Shown: positions 48,959 to 59,932 of the stretch, piece by piece | How positions within the stretch are numbered: position 1 is the first letter of the stretch | Layout of the letters: each line of letters opens with the position of its first letter | Origin: Tagaea sp. | GTDB taxonomy: Bacteria > Pseudomonadota > Alphaproteobacteria > CACIAM-22H2 | DNA: 64,000 nucleotides | Direction of reading: 5' to 3' | NCBI GenBank assembly: GCA_965279525.1 | Contig: CBDIIB010000002.1 | Coordinates: 128,001 to 192,000, forward strand | Position numbers and translations under genes: made by a program | The notes under the pieces: model-generated | Told to the model about the DNA's origin: nothing | The model's input: the letters and a program-made list of their open reading frames with translations, nothing else | Databases searched by the model: none

Positions 48959-51196
48959 CTATCGCGTGAACACGATCCGCGTTCCGGCGCGCGCGGCCGT
49001 GCAATCGTGTGCGCGCACGCGCGCGTCCGGGGTTCCGCCCAGCGCCATCCCGGCACCTTCCGCCTCGAGCGTCAGCAGGCCGTCGCCGACGACGGGCACC
49101 GTCCTCGGCATGCCGAAGGCGACGATCTCGGCGATCGGATTGCGCCGGTCGATTTCGCCGGTGTGCGCGACATCGCGCCCCAGCGCCAGCATGTGGCCCG
49201 CCCGCACATAGACCGGCAGCCGGTCGAGCGGAACGTTCTCGACGCGAAGCTGCTGGCCGCCGGCGATCCGCTCGCCGGTCCAGAAATCGTACCAGTCGCC
49301 CTCCGGCAGCCAGACATCGACCGCACCGCCCGGCTTCAGGATCGGCGCCACGAGCAGGGAGGGGCCGCACATGTACTGTTCTTCGAACGCGCGCGCGGCA
49401 CGGTCCTTCGGGAAGGCGAGCGCCATCGCGCGCATCACCGGCAGGCCGGTGCGCACCGCGATCTCGACGCAGCCCCACAGATAGGGAAGCAGGCGATAGC
49501 GAAGGCCCATCCAGGCGCGCGCATGGCGCGCGACTTCCGCGCCAAGGCTCCACGGCTCGCGGATGCCGATGCCGTGGAAGCGGAAATGCGAACAGAAGAC
49601 GCCTGCGGCGACCCAGCGCAGATAAAGCTCCGGATCGGGCTGGCGCGAGCCGTAGAAGCCGCCGACATCGGTCGAGTAGTAGGGCACGCCCGACAGGCCG
49701 TACGACAGGCCGCCCCGGATCGAGGCAGCCAGCCCCTCCCAGTCGGTCTGCGGATCGCCGCCCCACTGGACCGGGAATTTCTGCGCGCCGATCCAGCCGT
49801 CGCGACCCCACACGCACGCGTCAGCCGCCCCCTTGGCCTTCGCAGTCGCCTCGTAGACCGCCTGGTTGTAGAGCCGCGGATAGACGTTGTGCAGGCGCCG
49901 GCCGCTGTCGCCGTTGTGCGCGACGACGTGATCCATGACCTGCTCGCCGAAATCGGTCTTCATCGTATCGACGCCGACCGCCCAAAGCCGGTCGTGGCGC
50001 GCCTTCCACCATGCGACCGCCTCGGGATTCGTGAAGTCGAGGATGCCGGAGGGCGGCAACGGCGTCAGCACGTTGCCGAACGGCGATGTGCCGGGCGTGA
50101 CGTCCCACTGGTAGACATGCGGGCTGCCGTCGGGCTCGCGCAGGAACAGGCCGCGCTTCTCAAGATCGGCATACTCGGCGTTGTGGATCGAGACGAGCGG
50201 GTATTCCCAGCAGCAGATGCGGAAATTCCGCGCCTTCAGCTTGTCGATCGAGGCCTTGGGATCGGGATAGCGTGACGGATCGAAATCGAGCGTGGCGCGC
50301 GTGCTTACTTCCATCCACGCGCGGCCGTCGAAGGTGATGACATCGGCGGGAAAGTCCGCTTCGCGGCATTCGCGCGCGGCGTCGAGGATCTCGTCCTCGG
50401 TGCGGTAGTAGGCGCGGCTCAACCACACGCCCAGCGACCAGAACGGCGGCAGGGCGGGCTTGCCGGTGATCTCTGAACAGCGCCCGATGACATGTGCGGG
50501 ATCTGGCCCTGCGAACAGGAACAGGTCGAACGTCTCGTCCTCGCACAAGATCGCGTAGCTGCGGTGCGACCATTGGCCGTAGCCGACCGCATGGTGGACA
50601 TGGGCCGGCGTGTTGACGAGGGCGCCCCACGCCCCGCCGGCGGCCTTCAGGCCCCACGCGAACGGGATCGACTTGTAGGAAAGCTCGGTATTGACCCCGA
50701 GCGCGTCCTCGATGCGGTTGGTGACGAACTGTCCGCGCCGGTCGAGCGGGCCGAACTTCTCGCCAAGCCCGTAGACCGGCTCGCCGGAATCGAGTGCGAA
50801 CGAAGCGAGCCAGCCCTCGGGCCCGCGCGCGAAGGCGGGCAGGCGGGTCCAGCCGCGGAAATGTTCGTCGGTCAGCGAACCGAGCGGATCGTCGAGCCAG
50901 CCCTTGCGCCCGAAGCGCACGCGCACCGGATCGCCCGACAGCTCGAGCCACTCGGTCTCGTCGCCGAGGCGGAAGACGCCCGGCGCCGTCTCGCGGCAGG
51001 CGGGGGCCGCGAAGCCGCCGGTCTCGACCAGGCCGTAGTCCGGCTTTGTCGCCGTACCGAATGTCAGGCGCCAGTCGCCGCCGCGCTTGGCGACGGCAAG
51101 TCGGCCGATCTCGGTCGTGAAGACGAGAGCGGCCTTGGTGTCGGTTGCGCGCGCCAGAGTCTGGGCACGGACGAATTTCGTGAAATCGATCTGCAC
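48959..51196 (-). CDS. GH31 glycosidase, YicI-like alpha-xylosidase
   Basis: VYGLGEKF, SYKSIPF, DFTNPEA, KTDFGE nucleophile motif, QWGGD acid/base motif, DVGGF, REPW; no signal peptide. Confidence 0.87.
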   Translation of the reverse strand: MQIDFTKFVRAQTLARATDTKAALVFTTEIGRLAVAKRGGDWRLTFGTATKPDYGLVETGGFAAPACRETAPGVFRLGDETEWLELSGDPVRVRFGRKGWLDDPLGSLTDEHFRGWTRLPAFARGPEGWLASFALDSGEPVYGLGEKFGPLDRRGQFVTNRIEDALGVNTELSYKSIPFAWGLKAAGGAWGALVNTPAHVHHAVGYGQWSHRSYAILCEDETFDLFLFAGPDPAHVIGRCSEITGKPALPPFWSLGVWLSRAYYRTEDEILDAARECREADFPADVITFDGRAWMEVSTRATLDFDPSRYPDPKASIDKLKARNFRICCWEYPLVSIHNAEYADLEKRGLFLREPDGSPHVYQWDVTPGTSPFGNVLTPLPPSGILDFTNPEAVAWWKARHDRLWAVGVDTMKTDFGEQVMDHVVAHNGDSGRRLHNVYPRLYNQAVYEATAKAKGAADACVWGRDGWIGAQKFPVQWGGDPQTDWEGLAASIRGGLSYGLSGVPYYSTDVGGFYGSRQPDPELYLRWVAAGVFCSHFRFHGIGIREPWSLGAEVARHARAWMGLRYRLLPYLWGCVEIAVRTGLPVMRAMALAFPKDRAARAFEEQYMCGPSLLVAPILKPGGAVDVWLPEGDWYDFWTGERIAGGQQLRVENVPLDRLPVYVRAGHMLALGRDVAHTGEIDRRNPIAEIVAFGMPRTVPVVGDGLLTLEAEGAGMALGGTPDARVRAHDCTAARAGTRIVFTR

Positions 51197-51206
51197 GACG
51201 GGACTC

Positions 51207-52037
51207 TCAGCCTTTGACGCCGCCTGCCGTGAGGCCGGAGACGACGCGTTCCTGGAAGATTGCGATCAGCACGCACACGGGCACGATCGCCACGATAAGG
51301 GCGGCCGAGATGATCGGCCACGGAAAAGCGAACTCGCCCTGATAGAGCGTGATGCCCACAGGCAGGGTCCGGCTCGTCACGCGGCTCGACAGCGTCAGCG
51401 CCAGCAGGAACTCGTCCCACGCGTTGACGAAGGCGAGGATGGCAGCCGTGAAGACGCCGGGGGCGGCGAGCGGCACCACGACGTGCCAGAGTGCGCCAAG
51501 GCGCGAGCAGCCGTCGATCATCGCGGCATTCTCGAGGTCGGCGGGGATGTCCTGGAAGAAGCTCGCCATCACCAGCGTGCACACCGGCATCGACAGCACG
51601 GCATAGGGAAAAACGAGGGCGGGGTAGGTGTTGAGCCAGCCCAGCGTGCGCATCGTCTGGAACAGCGGCACCATCAGCGAGATGAGCGGAAACATCGACA
51701 CGGCGAGCAGCACCGACAACACGATGTTGCGCCCCGGGATGCGCAGGCGGACGATCGCATAGGCCGCGAGCGCCGAGACGAAGATGCACAGCACCGTCGA
51801 CAGTCCTGCAACCACTAGGCTGTTCCACAAGAAAAGCAGGATCGGCTGGTCGACGAACACACGCACGTAGTTCAACAGCGTGGGATCGTGCGGGAAGATC
51901 GTGATCGGGTAGCGCAGCAGTTCCGATTCCGTCTTCAGCGACGTGAACAGGATCCAGATCGCCGGAAAGAAGCCGTTTGCCGCGACGATCGCCGCGGCGA
52001 GCCAGACCGTCTTGCGGTGGCCGAGTTTCGCGAGCAT
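51207..52037 (-). CDS. Carbohydrate ABC transporter permease
   Basis: IPADLENAAMIDG EAA loop; ends GLTAGGVKG. Confidence 0.92.
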   Translation of the reverse strand: MLAKLGHRKTVWLAAAIVAANGFFPAIWILFTSLKTESELLRYPITIFPHDPTLLNYVRVFVDQPILLFLWNSLVVAGLSTVLCIFVSALAAYAIVRLRIPGRNIVLSVLLAVSMFPLISLMVPLFQTMRTLGWLNTYPALVFPYAVLSMPVCTLVMASFFQDIPADLENAAMIDGCSRLGALWHVVVPLAAPGVFTAAILAFVNAWDEFLLALTLSSRVTSRTLPVGITLYQGEFAFPWPIISAALIVAIVPVCVLIAIFQERVVSGLTAGGVKG

Positions 52038-52945
52038 CAGCGGTTCCCCGTGTCGCGCTTCGTGTGGCGCAGATAGACCGACGTGGCGACGATCGAGATC
52101 AGGAACATCAGCGTGGCGAGCGCCGAGCCGTAGCCGAGGTCGAGGAAGTCGATCGTCGTCTTGTGGATGTACATGGCCATCGTCTCGGTCGCCGTACCGG
52201 GGCCGCCATTGGTCATCGCGAAGGGGATGTCGAAGGTCTGGATGGCGGTGATCGTGCGGAAAATGAGGGCGACGACGATGGCCGGCTTCAGCATCGGCAG
52301 CGTGATCTCGATGAATTGCTGGAAGCGGCTGGCGCCGTCCACTTCGGCCGCCTCGTAGAGCGATTTCGGGATCGTCTGCAGGCCGGCGAGCAGGATCAGC
52401 GCCATGAACGAGGACGATTTCCAGACGATCGCGACGCACACGGCGACGAAGGCAAGCTGGGGATCGGAGAGCCATTGCGGCGGATCGAAGCCGGCAAGCA
52501 CGATGAGCCAGTTCACGAAACCCTGCCGGTAGTCGAAGAACCAGCGGAAGATGAGGCCGGCGAAAACCAGCGGCAGCGCCCAAGGCAGCAGCAGGCCGAG
52601 GCGCACGGGCCATTTGACCCGGAAGGGCTGGTTGGCGAGCAGGGCGAGACCCAGCCCGATGACGAGTGCGCCGGGCACCGTGACGACGATGAAGATGACC
52701 GTGTTGAGGACCGAATGCAGGAAGCGGTCGTCCTCGAACAGCGCGAAGGCATAATTCTCGAGACCGATGAAACGGTATCCCGGCCGCGTCAGCCGGAAGG
52801 AATAGAGCGAGTTGGCGAGCAGTTCGGCGATCGGATAGACGACGACGGCGAGCAGCAGCAATGCTGCCGGGGCCAGCAGCGCGTAGCCGAGACGCCGTTC
52901 GTCCCGTTCGAGCTTGCTGAGCCTGTAGCGTTTCGCGCTCGCCAT
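52037..52945 (-). CDS. Carbohydrate ABC transporter permease
   Basis: FIGLENY, LAGLQTIPKSLYEAAEVDGA, TNGGPG. Confidence 0.92.
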   Translation of the reverse strand: MASAKRYRLSKLERDERRLGYALLAPAALLLLAVVVYPIAELLANSLYSFRLTRPGYRFIGLENYAFALFEDDRFLHSVLNTVIFIVVTVPGALVIGLGLALLANQPFRVKWPVRLGLLLPWALPLVFAGLIFRWFFDYRQGFVNWLIVLAGFDPPQWLSDPQLAFVAVCVAIVWKSSSFMALILLAGLQTIPKSLYEAAEVDGASRFQQFIEITLPMLKPAIVVALIFRTITAIQTFDIPFAMTNGGPGTATETMAMYIHKTTIDFLDLGYGSALATLMFLISIVATSVYLRHTKRDTGNR

Positions 52946-52956
52946 GGTGAAGGATC

Positions 52957-52983
52957 CCGGCGCCGCCCTTCGGGCGGCGCCGG
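52957..52983 (-). other. Intercistronic stem-loop between the solute-binding protein and permease genes
   Basis: CCGGCGCCGCCC-ttc-GGGCGGCGCCGG perfect 12-bp stem, no U-tract. Confidence 0.65.
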
Positions 52984-52991
52984 CTCCCGTT

Positions 52992-54251
52992 TCAGCGATA
53001 GACGCGCGCGAGGCGCGAGTTCATGTCCGCGATCACCTGGTCGGCGGTGCGCGTACCCGCAAGGAACGCGTTCATGTTCGTGCGGATGATCTCGCTGACT
53101 TCCGGATAGTCCGGGCTGACCGGACGCGAGCGGCCGGTGACGACCACGTTGCGCGCGAACTGGAACCACGGATTGACCTTCAGCACCTCGGCGTCCTGGT
53201 AGACTTCGGCGAAGACCGGCAGGTGCGAAGCGAGGATCGCCTGCATCTTCGAGACTTCCGGCGAGGAGAGGTAGCGCAGCAGGTTGACGGCCGCCGGCTT
53301 GTTCTTCGAGAAGGCCGAGACGGCGATCTGCCAGCCGCCGATGCAGGTGGCCGGCTGGTTGCCCGCGAAGCCCGGCAGCGGCACGACATTGGTCTTGCCC
53401 TTGACCGTGCTGTCCGGGTCGTTCTGGAAGCGGTTCCAGGCATAGCCCCACTGCATGGCGAACAGCAGGTTGCCGGCCTGGAAATCGACGCGGATGCGGT
53501 CGGTGACGACCTCGGCAAGGTTGGGCGGCGTCACGTTGGCGGCCTTGAGGTCGGTCCAGAGCTGGAGCGACTTGCGGGCCTGCGCCGAGTTGACGTCGGG
53601 CTTGCCCTGCGCGTTCAGGAACTGGCCGCCGGCACCCCACATCGGGACCAGGAACGTGCAGACCGTGCCCTCGATGGGGGCACCCGCCGTCGCGAAGCCG
53701 CGCAGGTTGGCGTTGTTCTCGCCCTGCATGACGGTGCGCGCGGCGGCCGTCAGCTCTTCCCACGTCTTGGGCGGCTGCAGCTTGTACTTCTCCAGCAGGT
53801 CGGTGCGGTAGTAGAGGAACTGCGCGTCGGCGAAGTAGGGAAGTGCAATGACCTTGCCGCCGACGATGTTCGCCTCGCGATAGGCCGGCAGGTAGCGCGC
53901 CATCAGCGCGTCCTTCTCGGCACCCAGATAGGCGTCGAGCGGCTCGGCCCAGCCGGCAGCCGCGAACTGCGCGGGGCGGATCACGTCGATCAGCATGATG
54001 TCGATCGCGGCGTCGCGGCTGGTCAGCACCGTGTTGAGATACTGCTGCTGCTGGTCGGACGTGGCGCCGCCGATCTCGACTTCGACGCGCACGCCGGGCG
54101 TGCGGGCCTGGTAGGCGTCGAGGATCTGGCGCATCACGTCGGGGCGCTGCTGGCCGCCGACGAAGATGCGCAAGGTCGTCTGCTGCGCGTCCGCCGGTGC
54201 GGCGGCAAATGCCAGCGCCGCAGCGGCGATGAGGGAACGGTAGAGGCTCAT
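52992..54251 (-). CDS. Carbohydrate ABC transporter solute-binding protein
   Basis: Signal peptide; ALPYFADAQFLYYRTDLL, PPKTWEEL, IGGWQIAV. Confidence 0.92.
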   Translation of the reverse strand: MSLYRSLIAAAALAFAAAPADAQQTTLRIFVGGQQRPDVMRQILDAYQARTPGVRVEVEIGGATSDQQQQYLNTVLTSRDAAIDIMLIDVIRPAQFAAAGWAEPLDAYLGAEKDALMARYLPAYREANIVGGKVIALPYFADAQFLYYRTDLLEKYKLQPPKTWEELTAAARTVMQGENNANLRGFATAGAPIEGTVCTFLVPMWGAGGQFLNAQGKPDVNSAQARKSLQLWTDLKAANVTPPNLAEVVTDRIRVDFQAGNLLFAMQWGYAWNRFQNDPDSTVKGKTNVVPLPGFAGNQPATCIGGWQIAVSAFSKNKPAAVNLLRYLSSPEVSKMQAILASHLPVFAEVYQDAEVLKVNPWFQFARNVVVTGRSRPVSPDYPEVSEIIRTNMNAFLAGTRTADQVIADMNSRLARVYR

Positions 54252-54293
54252 GGACGTTTCTCCCTTGGTTGGCTTCTTGTGGCCGGCGAGGCC

Positions 54294-55397
<1,104 letters not shown>

Positions 55398-55455
55398 GGG
55401 GGCTTTGCGACCGCTCCTCCCTATTGGCGTGGGTGTTGATCCACCCTACGCATTT

Positions 55456-55535
55456 TGGTATCGCTAACATCTACTATCGAAATTCGGCTGTCAATAATGT
55501 TTTTGCTCTGGTAATTAGTTTTGACAACGCTAACA
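55456..55535. promoter_or_regulatory. Divergent promoter region with two LacI/GntR-type operators
   Basis: TGGTATCGCTAACA (55456-55469) and TGACAACGCTAACA (55522-55535), both close to TGTTAGCGCTAACA; TTGACA on - (55489-55494) and on + (55521-55526); AT-rich. Confidence 0.7.
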
Positions 55536-55564
55536 TAAAGTCGAAAGAAAGCCGGGGGGAAGGA

Positions 55565-57304
55565 ATGAGCGAAGTAAATTCGCCGCGCCGGACGCGCGCA
55601 GACCTGCGCAGCGCCCGGTGGTATCTGGCCGAGGACATGCGCGCCTTCGCGCATCGCCAGCGCACCCAGCAGATGGGCTTCCGCCGCCAGGATTTCATGG
55701 GGCGGCCGGTCATCGCGGTCGTCAACACCTGGAGCGAGATGTCGCCCTGCCATATCCATCTTCGCGACCGCGCGGAGGCGGTCAAGCGCGGCGTGTGGCA
55801 GGCCGGCGGCTTCCCGGTCGAACTGCCCGCCCTGTCGCTGGGCGAGGTGATCGTCAAGCCGACGACGATGATGTACCGCAACATGCTGGCGATGGAAGTC
55901 GAGGAGCTGCTGCGCTCGCACCCGGTCGACGGGGCCGTGCTGCTCGGCGGCTGCGACAAGACCACGCCCGGTCTCGTGATGGGCGCGCTGTCGATGAACC
56001 TGCCGGCGATCTACGTGCCGGCGGGGCCGATGTCGAACTCGCGCTGGCACGGCCAGAAGGTGGGTGCCGGCACCCACACGCGCAAATACTGGGACGAGCT
56101 GCGCGCCGGCAAGATCACCCAGGAAGACTGGGTCGATCTCGAGGCGCGCATCACGCGTTCGGTGGGTACCTGCAACACGATGGGCACGGCCTCGACGATG
56201 ACCTCGGTCGTCGACGCGATGGGGCTGACGCTGCCCGGCGCCTCGTCGATCCCGGCAGCCGATTCCGCGCACGTGCGCATGTCGCAGGACGCGGGCGAGC
56301 GGATCGTCGGCATGATCTGGGAGGATCTGAAGCCGACCGACATCCTGACGCAGGCGGCCTTCGGCAACGGTCTCGTGGCGCTGATGGCGCTGGGTGGCTC
56401 GACCAACGCGGTCGTGCATCTTGTCGCCATGGCGCGCCGTGCAGGGCTCGATCTGGGTCTCGACGCGTTCGACGCGCACGGGCGGCGCACGCCGGTTCTC
56501 GCGAACGTCTTCCCGGCGGGCGAGAACCTGATGGAGGATTTCTATTTCGCCGGCGGCCTTCCGGCCCTGCTGGCGCAACTCGCCGACCGGCTGCAGCTCG
56601 ATTGCCTCACCGCGAACGGCCGCACGCTCGGGCAGAACATCGCCGGCGCCAGGATCTGGGATGCCGACGTCATCCGGCCGCTCGACCGGCCGGTCTCCGC
56701 AGGCCCGCCGCTCGCGATCCTGCGCGGAAATCTTGCGCCCGACGGTGCGGTCATCAAGGCGTCCGCCGCCGACCCCAAGCTCGCCCGGCATCGCGGGCCG
56801 GCCGTCGTGTTCCGCAACCATGCCGACATGTCCGCGCGCATCGACGATCCGGAACTTCCCGTCGATGCCAATAGCGTGCTCGTCCTTCAGGATGCCGGCC
56901 CGATCGGCGGGCCGGGCATGCCCGAATGGGGCGCGCTCCCGATCCCGAAGAAGCTGCTGGCGCTGGGCGTGCGCGACATGGTGCGGGTTTCCGACGGGCG
57001 CATGAGCGGCACGCACTACGGCACCTGCGTGCTGCATGTGGCGCCGGAATCGCGCATCGGCGGACCGCTGGCGCTCGTGCGCGACGGCGACATGATCGAA
57101 CTCGACGTGCCCGCGCGCCGCCTGCATCTCGACGTGTCCGACGCCGAGCTTGCCCGCCGCCGCGCCGAATGGAAGGCCCCGCCCAAGCGCTATGCGCGCA
57201 GCTACGGCGTGCTGCTCGAGCGGCATATCGGGCAGGCCAACGAAGGTGCGGATTTCGACTTCCTCGCCCACGGTCCCGCCGTTCCCGAACCGGAGATATT
57301 CTGA
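55565..57304 (+). CDS. IlvD/Edd family sugar-acid (pentonate) dehydratase
   Basis: LRSARWY, SPCH, YRNMLAMEVEE, GCDKT, GTCNTMGTASTM, GGSTN, SDGRMSGT. Confidence 0.9.
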   Translation: MSEVNSPRRTRADLRSARWYLAEDMRAFAHRQRTQQMGFRRQDFMGRPVIAVVNTWSEMSPCHIHLRDRAEAVKRGVWQAGGFPVELPALSLGEVIVKPTTMMYRNMLAMEVEELLRSHPVDGAVLLGGCDKTTPGLVMGALSMNLPAIYVPAGPMSNSRWHGQKVGAGTHTRKYWDELRAGKITQEDWVDLEARITRSVGTCNTMGTASTMTSVVDAMGLTLPGASSIPAADSAHVRMSQDAGERIVGMIWEDLKPTDILTQAAFGNGLVALMALGGSTNAVVHLVAMARRAGLDLGLDAFDAHGRRTPVLANVFPAGENLMEDFYFAGGLPALLAQLADRLQLDCLTANGRTLGQNIAGARIWDADVIRPLDRPVSAGPPLAILRGNLAPDGAVIKASAADPKLARHRGPAVVFRNHADMSARIDDPELPVDANSVLVLQDAGPIGGPGMPEWGALPIPKKLLALGVRDMVRVSDGRMSGTHYGTCVLHVAPESRIGGPLALVRDGDMIELDVPARRLHLDVSDAELARRRAEWKAPPKRYARSYGVLLERHIGQANEGADFDFLAHGPAVPEPEIF

Positions 57305-58104
57305 TGGACATGCCGAAGAACGCGTTCAAGCGCGACTTGATGCGCAAGCCGCCGATGGTTGGCACCTGGGTCATGTCCGGCGGCACGGTCACGGCCGAAG
57401 CGCTCGGCTGCGTGGGCTTCGACTTCCTCGTCGTCGACATGGAGCATGTCCCGCTCGACTGGGAGCGCACGCATGCCACGCTGCAGGCGGTCGCCGGCAC
57501 GCCGGCTTCGGCCGTCACGCGCATTCCCTGGAACGACACGGTGATGGTCAAGCGTGCGCTCGACGCAGGTGCCCAGACGCTGATGTTCCCGATGATCCAG
57601 AACGCGGCGGAAGCCAAGCGCGCGGTCGCCGCCACGCGCTATCCGCCCGACGGGATCCGCGGCATCGCCGCCGTCCATCGCGGCTCGCGCTACGGCACCG
57701 TGCCGGACTATCTGAAGACGGCCGGCGCCGAAATCTGCGTGATCTGCCAGATCGAGACGCCCGAAGCCGCATCACGCATCGACGAGATCGCGGCCGTGCC
57801 CGGCGTGGATGCGCTGTTCGTCGGCCCCGGCGACCTGTCGGGCGCCATGGGCCATCTGGGCGACATCGCCAACCCGGCCGTGCAGAAGGCGCTGGCGGAT
57901 GCCGCAGCACACGCAAGGCGCCTCGGCATGCCGTGCGGCATCGTCGGCCCCAATCCCGACATGGTCGGGAAATTCCTCGCGATGGGCTACAGCTATGTCG
58001 CGGTCGCATCCGACATCGGCATGATGGTCGGCCGTGCGACCGAGTTCCTGTCGGCGCTGCGCGGCAAGGCGGTGGCACCGGCAGCACCGACCGGCCCGTA
58101 CTGA
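57304..58104 (+). CDS. HpcH/HpaI class II aldolase
   Basis: VDMEH, KRALDAGA, RYPPDGIRG, QIET, FVGPGDLS. Confidence 0.92.
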   Translation: MDMPKNAFKRDLMRKPPMVGTWVMSGGTVTAEALGCVGFDFLVVDMEHVPLDWERTHATLQAVAGTPASAVTRIPWNDTVMVKRALDAGAQTLMFPMIQNAAEAKRAVAATRYPPDGIRGIAAVHRGSRYGTVPDYLKTAGAEICVICQIETPEAASRIDEIAAVPGVDALFVGPGDLSGAMGHLGDIANPAVQKALADAAAHARRLGMPCGIVGPNPDMVGKFLAMGYSYVAVASDIGMMVGRATEFLSALRGKAVAPAAPTGPY

Positions 58105-58115
58105 GGCCCTCGCCC

Positions 58116-59162
58116 ATGGCGCGTGAGACCGACCCTGCGAAACCGCCGCGCACGCGAAGGCGGGCCGGCCGCGCCACAATGTCGGACGTGGCGAAGCTCG
58201 CGGGTGTCTCGGCCATCACGGTAAGCCGGCTGCTGCGCGAACCGGATTCGGTATCGGGCGAGCTCGCGCTGCGCATACGCGATGCGATCGACCGGCTCGG
58301 CTACGTACCCAACCTGATGGCCGGCGGCCTGGCGGCCGCGAAAAGCCGGATCGTCGGCGTCGTCGTCCCGTCGATCCGCAACGCGTTCTTTGCCGCGAGC
58401 GTCGATGCGCTCGCCGCAAGGCTCGACGCGCGCGGCCTTGCCGTCCTCGATTCCAGCTCGGACTACGACCCGCAACGCGAGGACACGCTGATCGAGGCGA
58501 TGCTCGCGTGGAACCCGGCCGCACTCGTGCTGACGGGTTTCGCGCACGGTCCGCGAACTGCCGCGATCCTGTCGCGCGCGAGCCTGCCGGTCGTCGAGAT
58601 GTGGGATGTCGTCGGCCGGCCGTTCGACATGGCGGTCGGCTTCGACCACAACGCCGCCGGGCGGCGCGTGGCCCGCCACTTCCTGGCGCGCGGGCGCCGG
58701 CGCGTGGGCGTCATCGGCGCCATCCTCGACAAGGATACGCGCGCCGCCGCGCGCTGTGCGGGCGTGCGCGACGAGCTTGACCGTGCGGGGCTCGCCGCCG
58801 CCGCGTGGATCGACCTGCCGCGCGCCTCGAACGTGGGCGACGGTGCCGCCGCGTTCGCGGCGATGCTCGCCACGCAAGGCGGCATCGACGCCGTGGCGTT
58901 CTCGAACGACGTGCTGGCGCTGGGCGCGCTGTTCGAGTGCCAGAAGCGCGGCGTGCGCGTGCCCGCCGACGTGGCGCTCGCGGGCTTCGGCGATCTCGAT
59001 TTCGCGGCGCATTGCCGGCCGTCGCTGACCACGTTGCGCCCGCCGCGCGAGACGATCGGCAACGAGACCGCCCGGATGCTCGAGGCGCGTTTCGACGGGA
59101 TGATGCCGGAGCCCCGGATCGTCGATCTTGGATGCGAACTGATCGAACGCGACAGCAGCTAG
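58116..59162 (+). CDS. LacI family transcriptional regulator (E. coli GntR-like)
   Basis: TMSDVAKLAGVSAITVSR, LGYVPN, PVVEMWD, VGFDH, SNDVLALG, LTT. Confidence 0.92.
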   Translation: MARETDPAKPPRTRRRAGRATMSDVAKLAGVSAITVSRLLREPDSVSGELALRIRDAIDRLGYVPNLMAGGLAAAKSRIVGVVVPSIRNAFFAASVDALAARLDARGLAVLDSSSDYDPQREDTLIEAMLAWNPAALVLTGFAHGPRTAAILSRASLPVVEMWDVVGRPFDMAVGFDHNAAGRRVARHFLARGRRRVGVIGAILDKDTRAAARCAGVRDELDRAGLAAAAWIDLPRASNVGDGAAAFAAMLATQGGIDAVAFSNDVLALGALFECQKRGVRVPADVALAGFGDLDFAAHCRPSLTTLRPPRETIGNETARMLEARFDGMMPEPRIVDLGCELIERDSS

Positions 59163-59197
59163 TGCGCGTGGCGGCCGGGGTGCGCTAGATTCCGGGT

Positions 59198-59932
59198 ATG
59201 ACGGAGTCCGACCTGCCGCCGCCGCTCGGCCCGCGTGCCGCCTTCAGGGCGGGCGTTCGCGCGGCTGCCCTGGCGCCCTCGCTCGTGCTGGGCGCTTCCT
59301 ATGTCGGGTTCGGATCGTTCGTCAGCGCGCACGGGCTCGGGCTCGATTACGCGCTCTTCAACACGCTGACGGCCTGGGCGCTGCCCGGCCAGCTTGCCGT
59401 GACCGAGCTTTATCTCGCCGGATCGGGCCTGCTGGCGATCGCACTTGCCGTGGCGCTTGCCAACATGCGGCTGGCACCGATGACGGTCGTGATGATGCCG
59501 GTCGTCCACATGCCAGGCCGGCCGGTCTGGCGGCTCTATCTTGCGGCGAACTATGTCGCGGTCACGTGCTGGGCGATGACCATGATGACGGCCCCGCGTC
59601 TGGCGCGCGAAGACCGTCTCGGCTGGTTCCTCGGCTGCTCGATCATGCTGTGGAGCGCCTCGCTCGCCGGTACGGCGATCGGCTTCCATGCGGCCGAGCT
59701 GCTGCCACGCCCGCTGACGCTGGCGCTCGTCTTCCTCAACCCGCTCTATTTCATGCTTCTGTTCCTGCAGGACCTGCGCGACCGCGCGCGGCTCTATGCG
59801 CTGGTGCTGGGCGCTGCTCTCGGTGCGCCGCTTCACATGCTGTCCCCGGAATGGGGCCTGCTTCTCGCCGGGCTTGCCGGGGGCACGATCGCCGCGGAGT
59901 TCACCCGCCGCGCGCGCAGGGCCGGCCGATGA
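59198..59932 (+). CDS. AzlC family branched-chain amino acid export permease
   Basis: WALPGQ, ANMR, multi-TM; followed by an AzlD-like gene. Confidence 0.8.
   Translation: MTESDLPPPLGPRAAFRAGVRAAALAPSLVLGASYVGFGSFVSAHGLGLDYALFNTLTAWALPGQLAVTELYLAGSGLLAIALAVALANMRLAPMTVVMMPVVHMPGRPVWRLYLAANYVAVTCWAMTMMTAPRLAREDRLGWFLGCSIMLWSASLAGTAIGFHAAELLPRPLTLALVFLNPLYFMLLFLQDLRDRARLYALVLGAALGAPLHMLSPEWGLLLAGLAGGTIAAEFTRRARRAGR

Noticed and set aside
48959-51196. GH31 as a sulfoquinovosidase (sulfoglycolysis cluster)
   Set aside because: The nucleophile motif is KTDFGE (YicI-like), not the WMADFGE of YihQ, and no sulfonate-specific genes are evident
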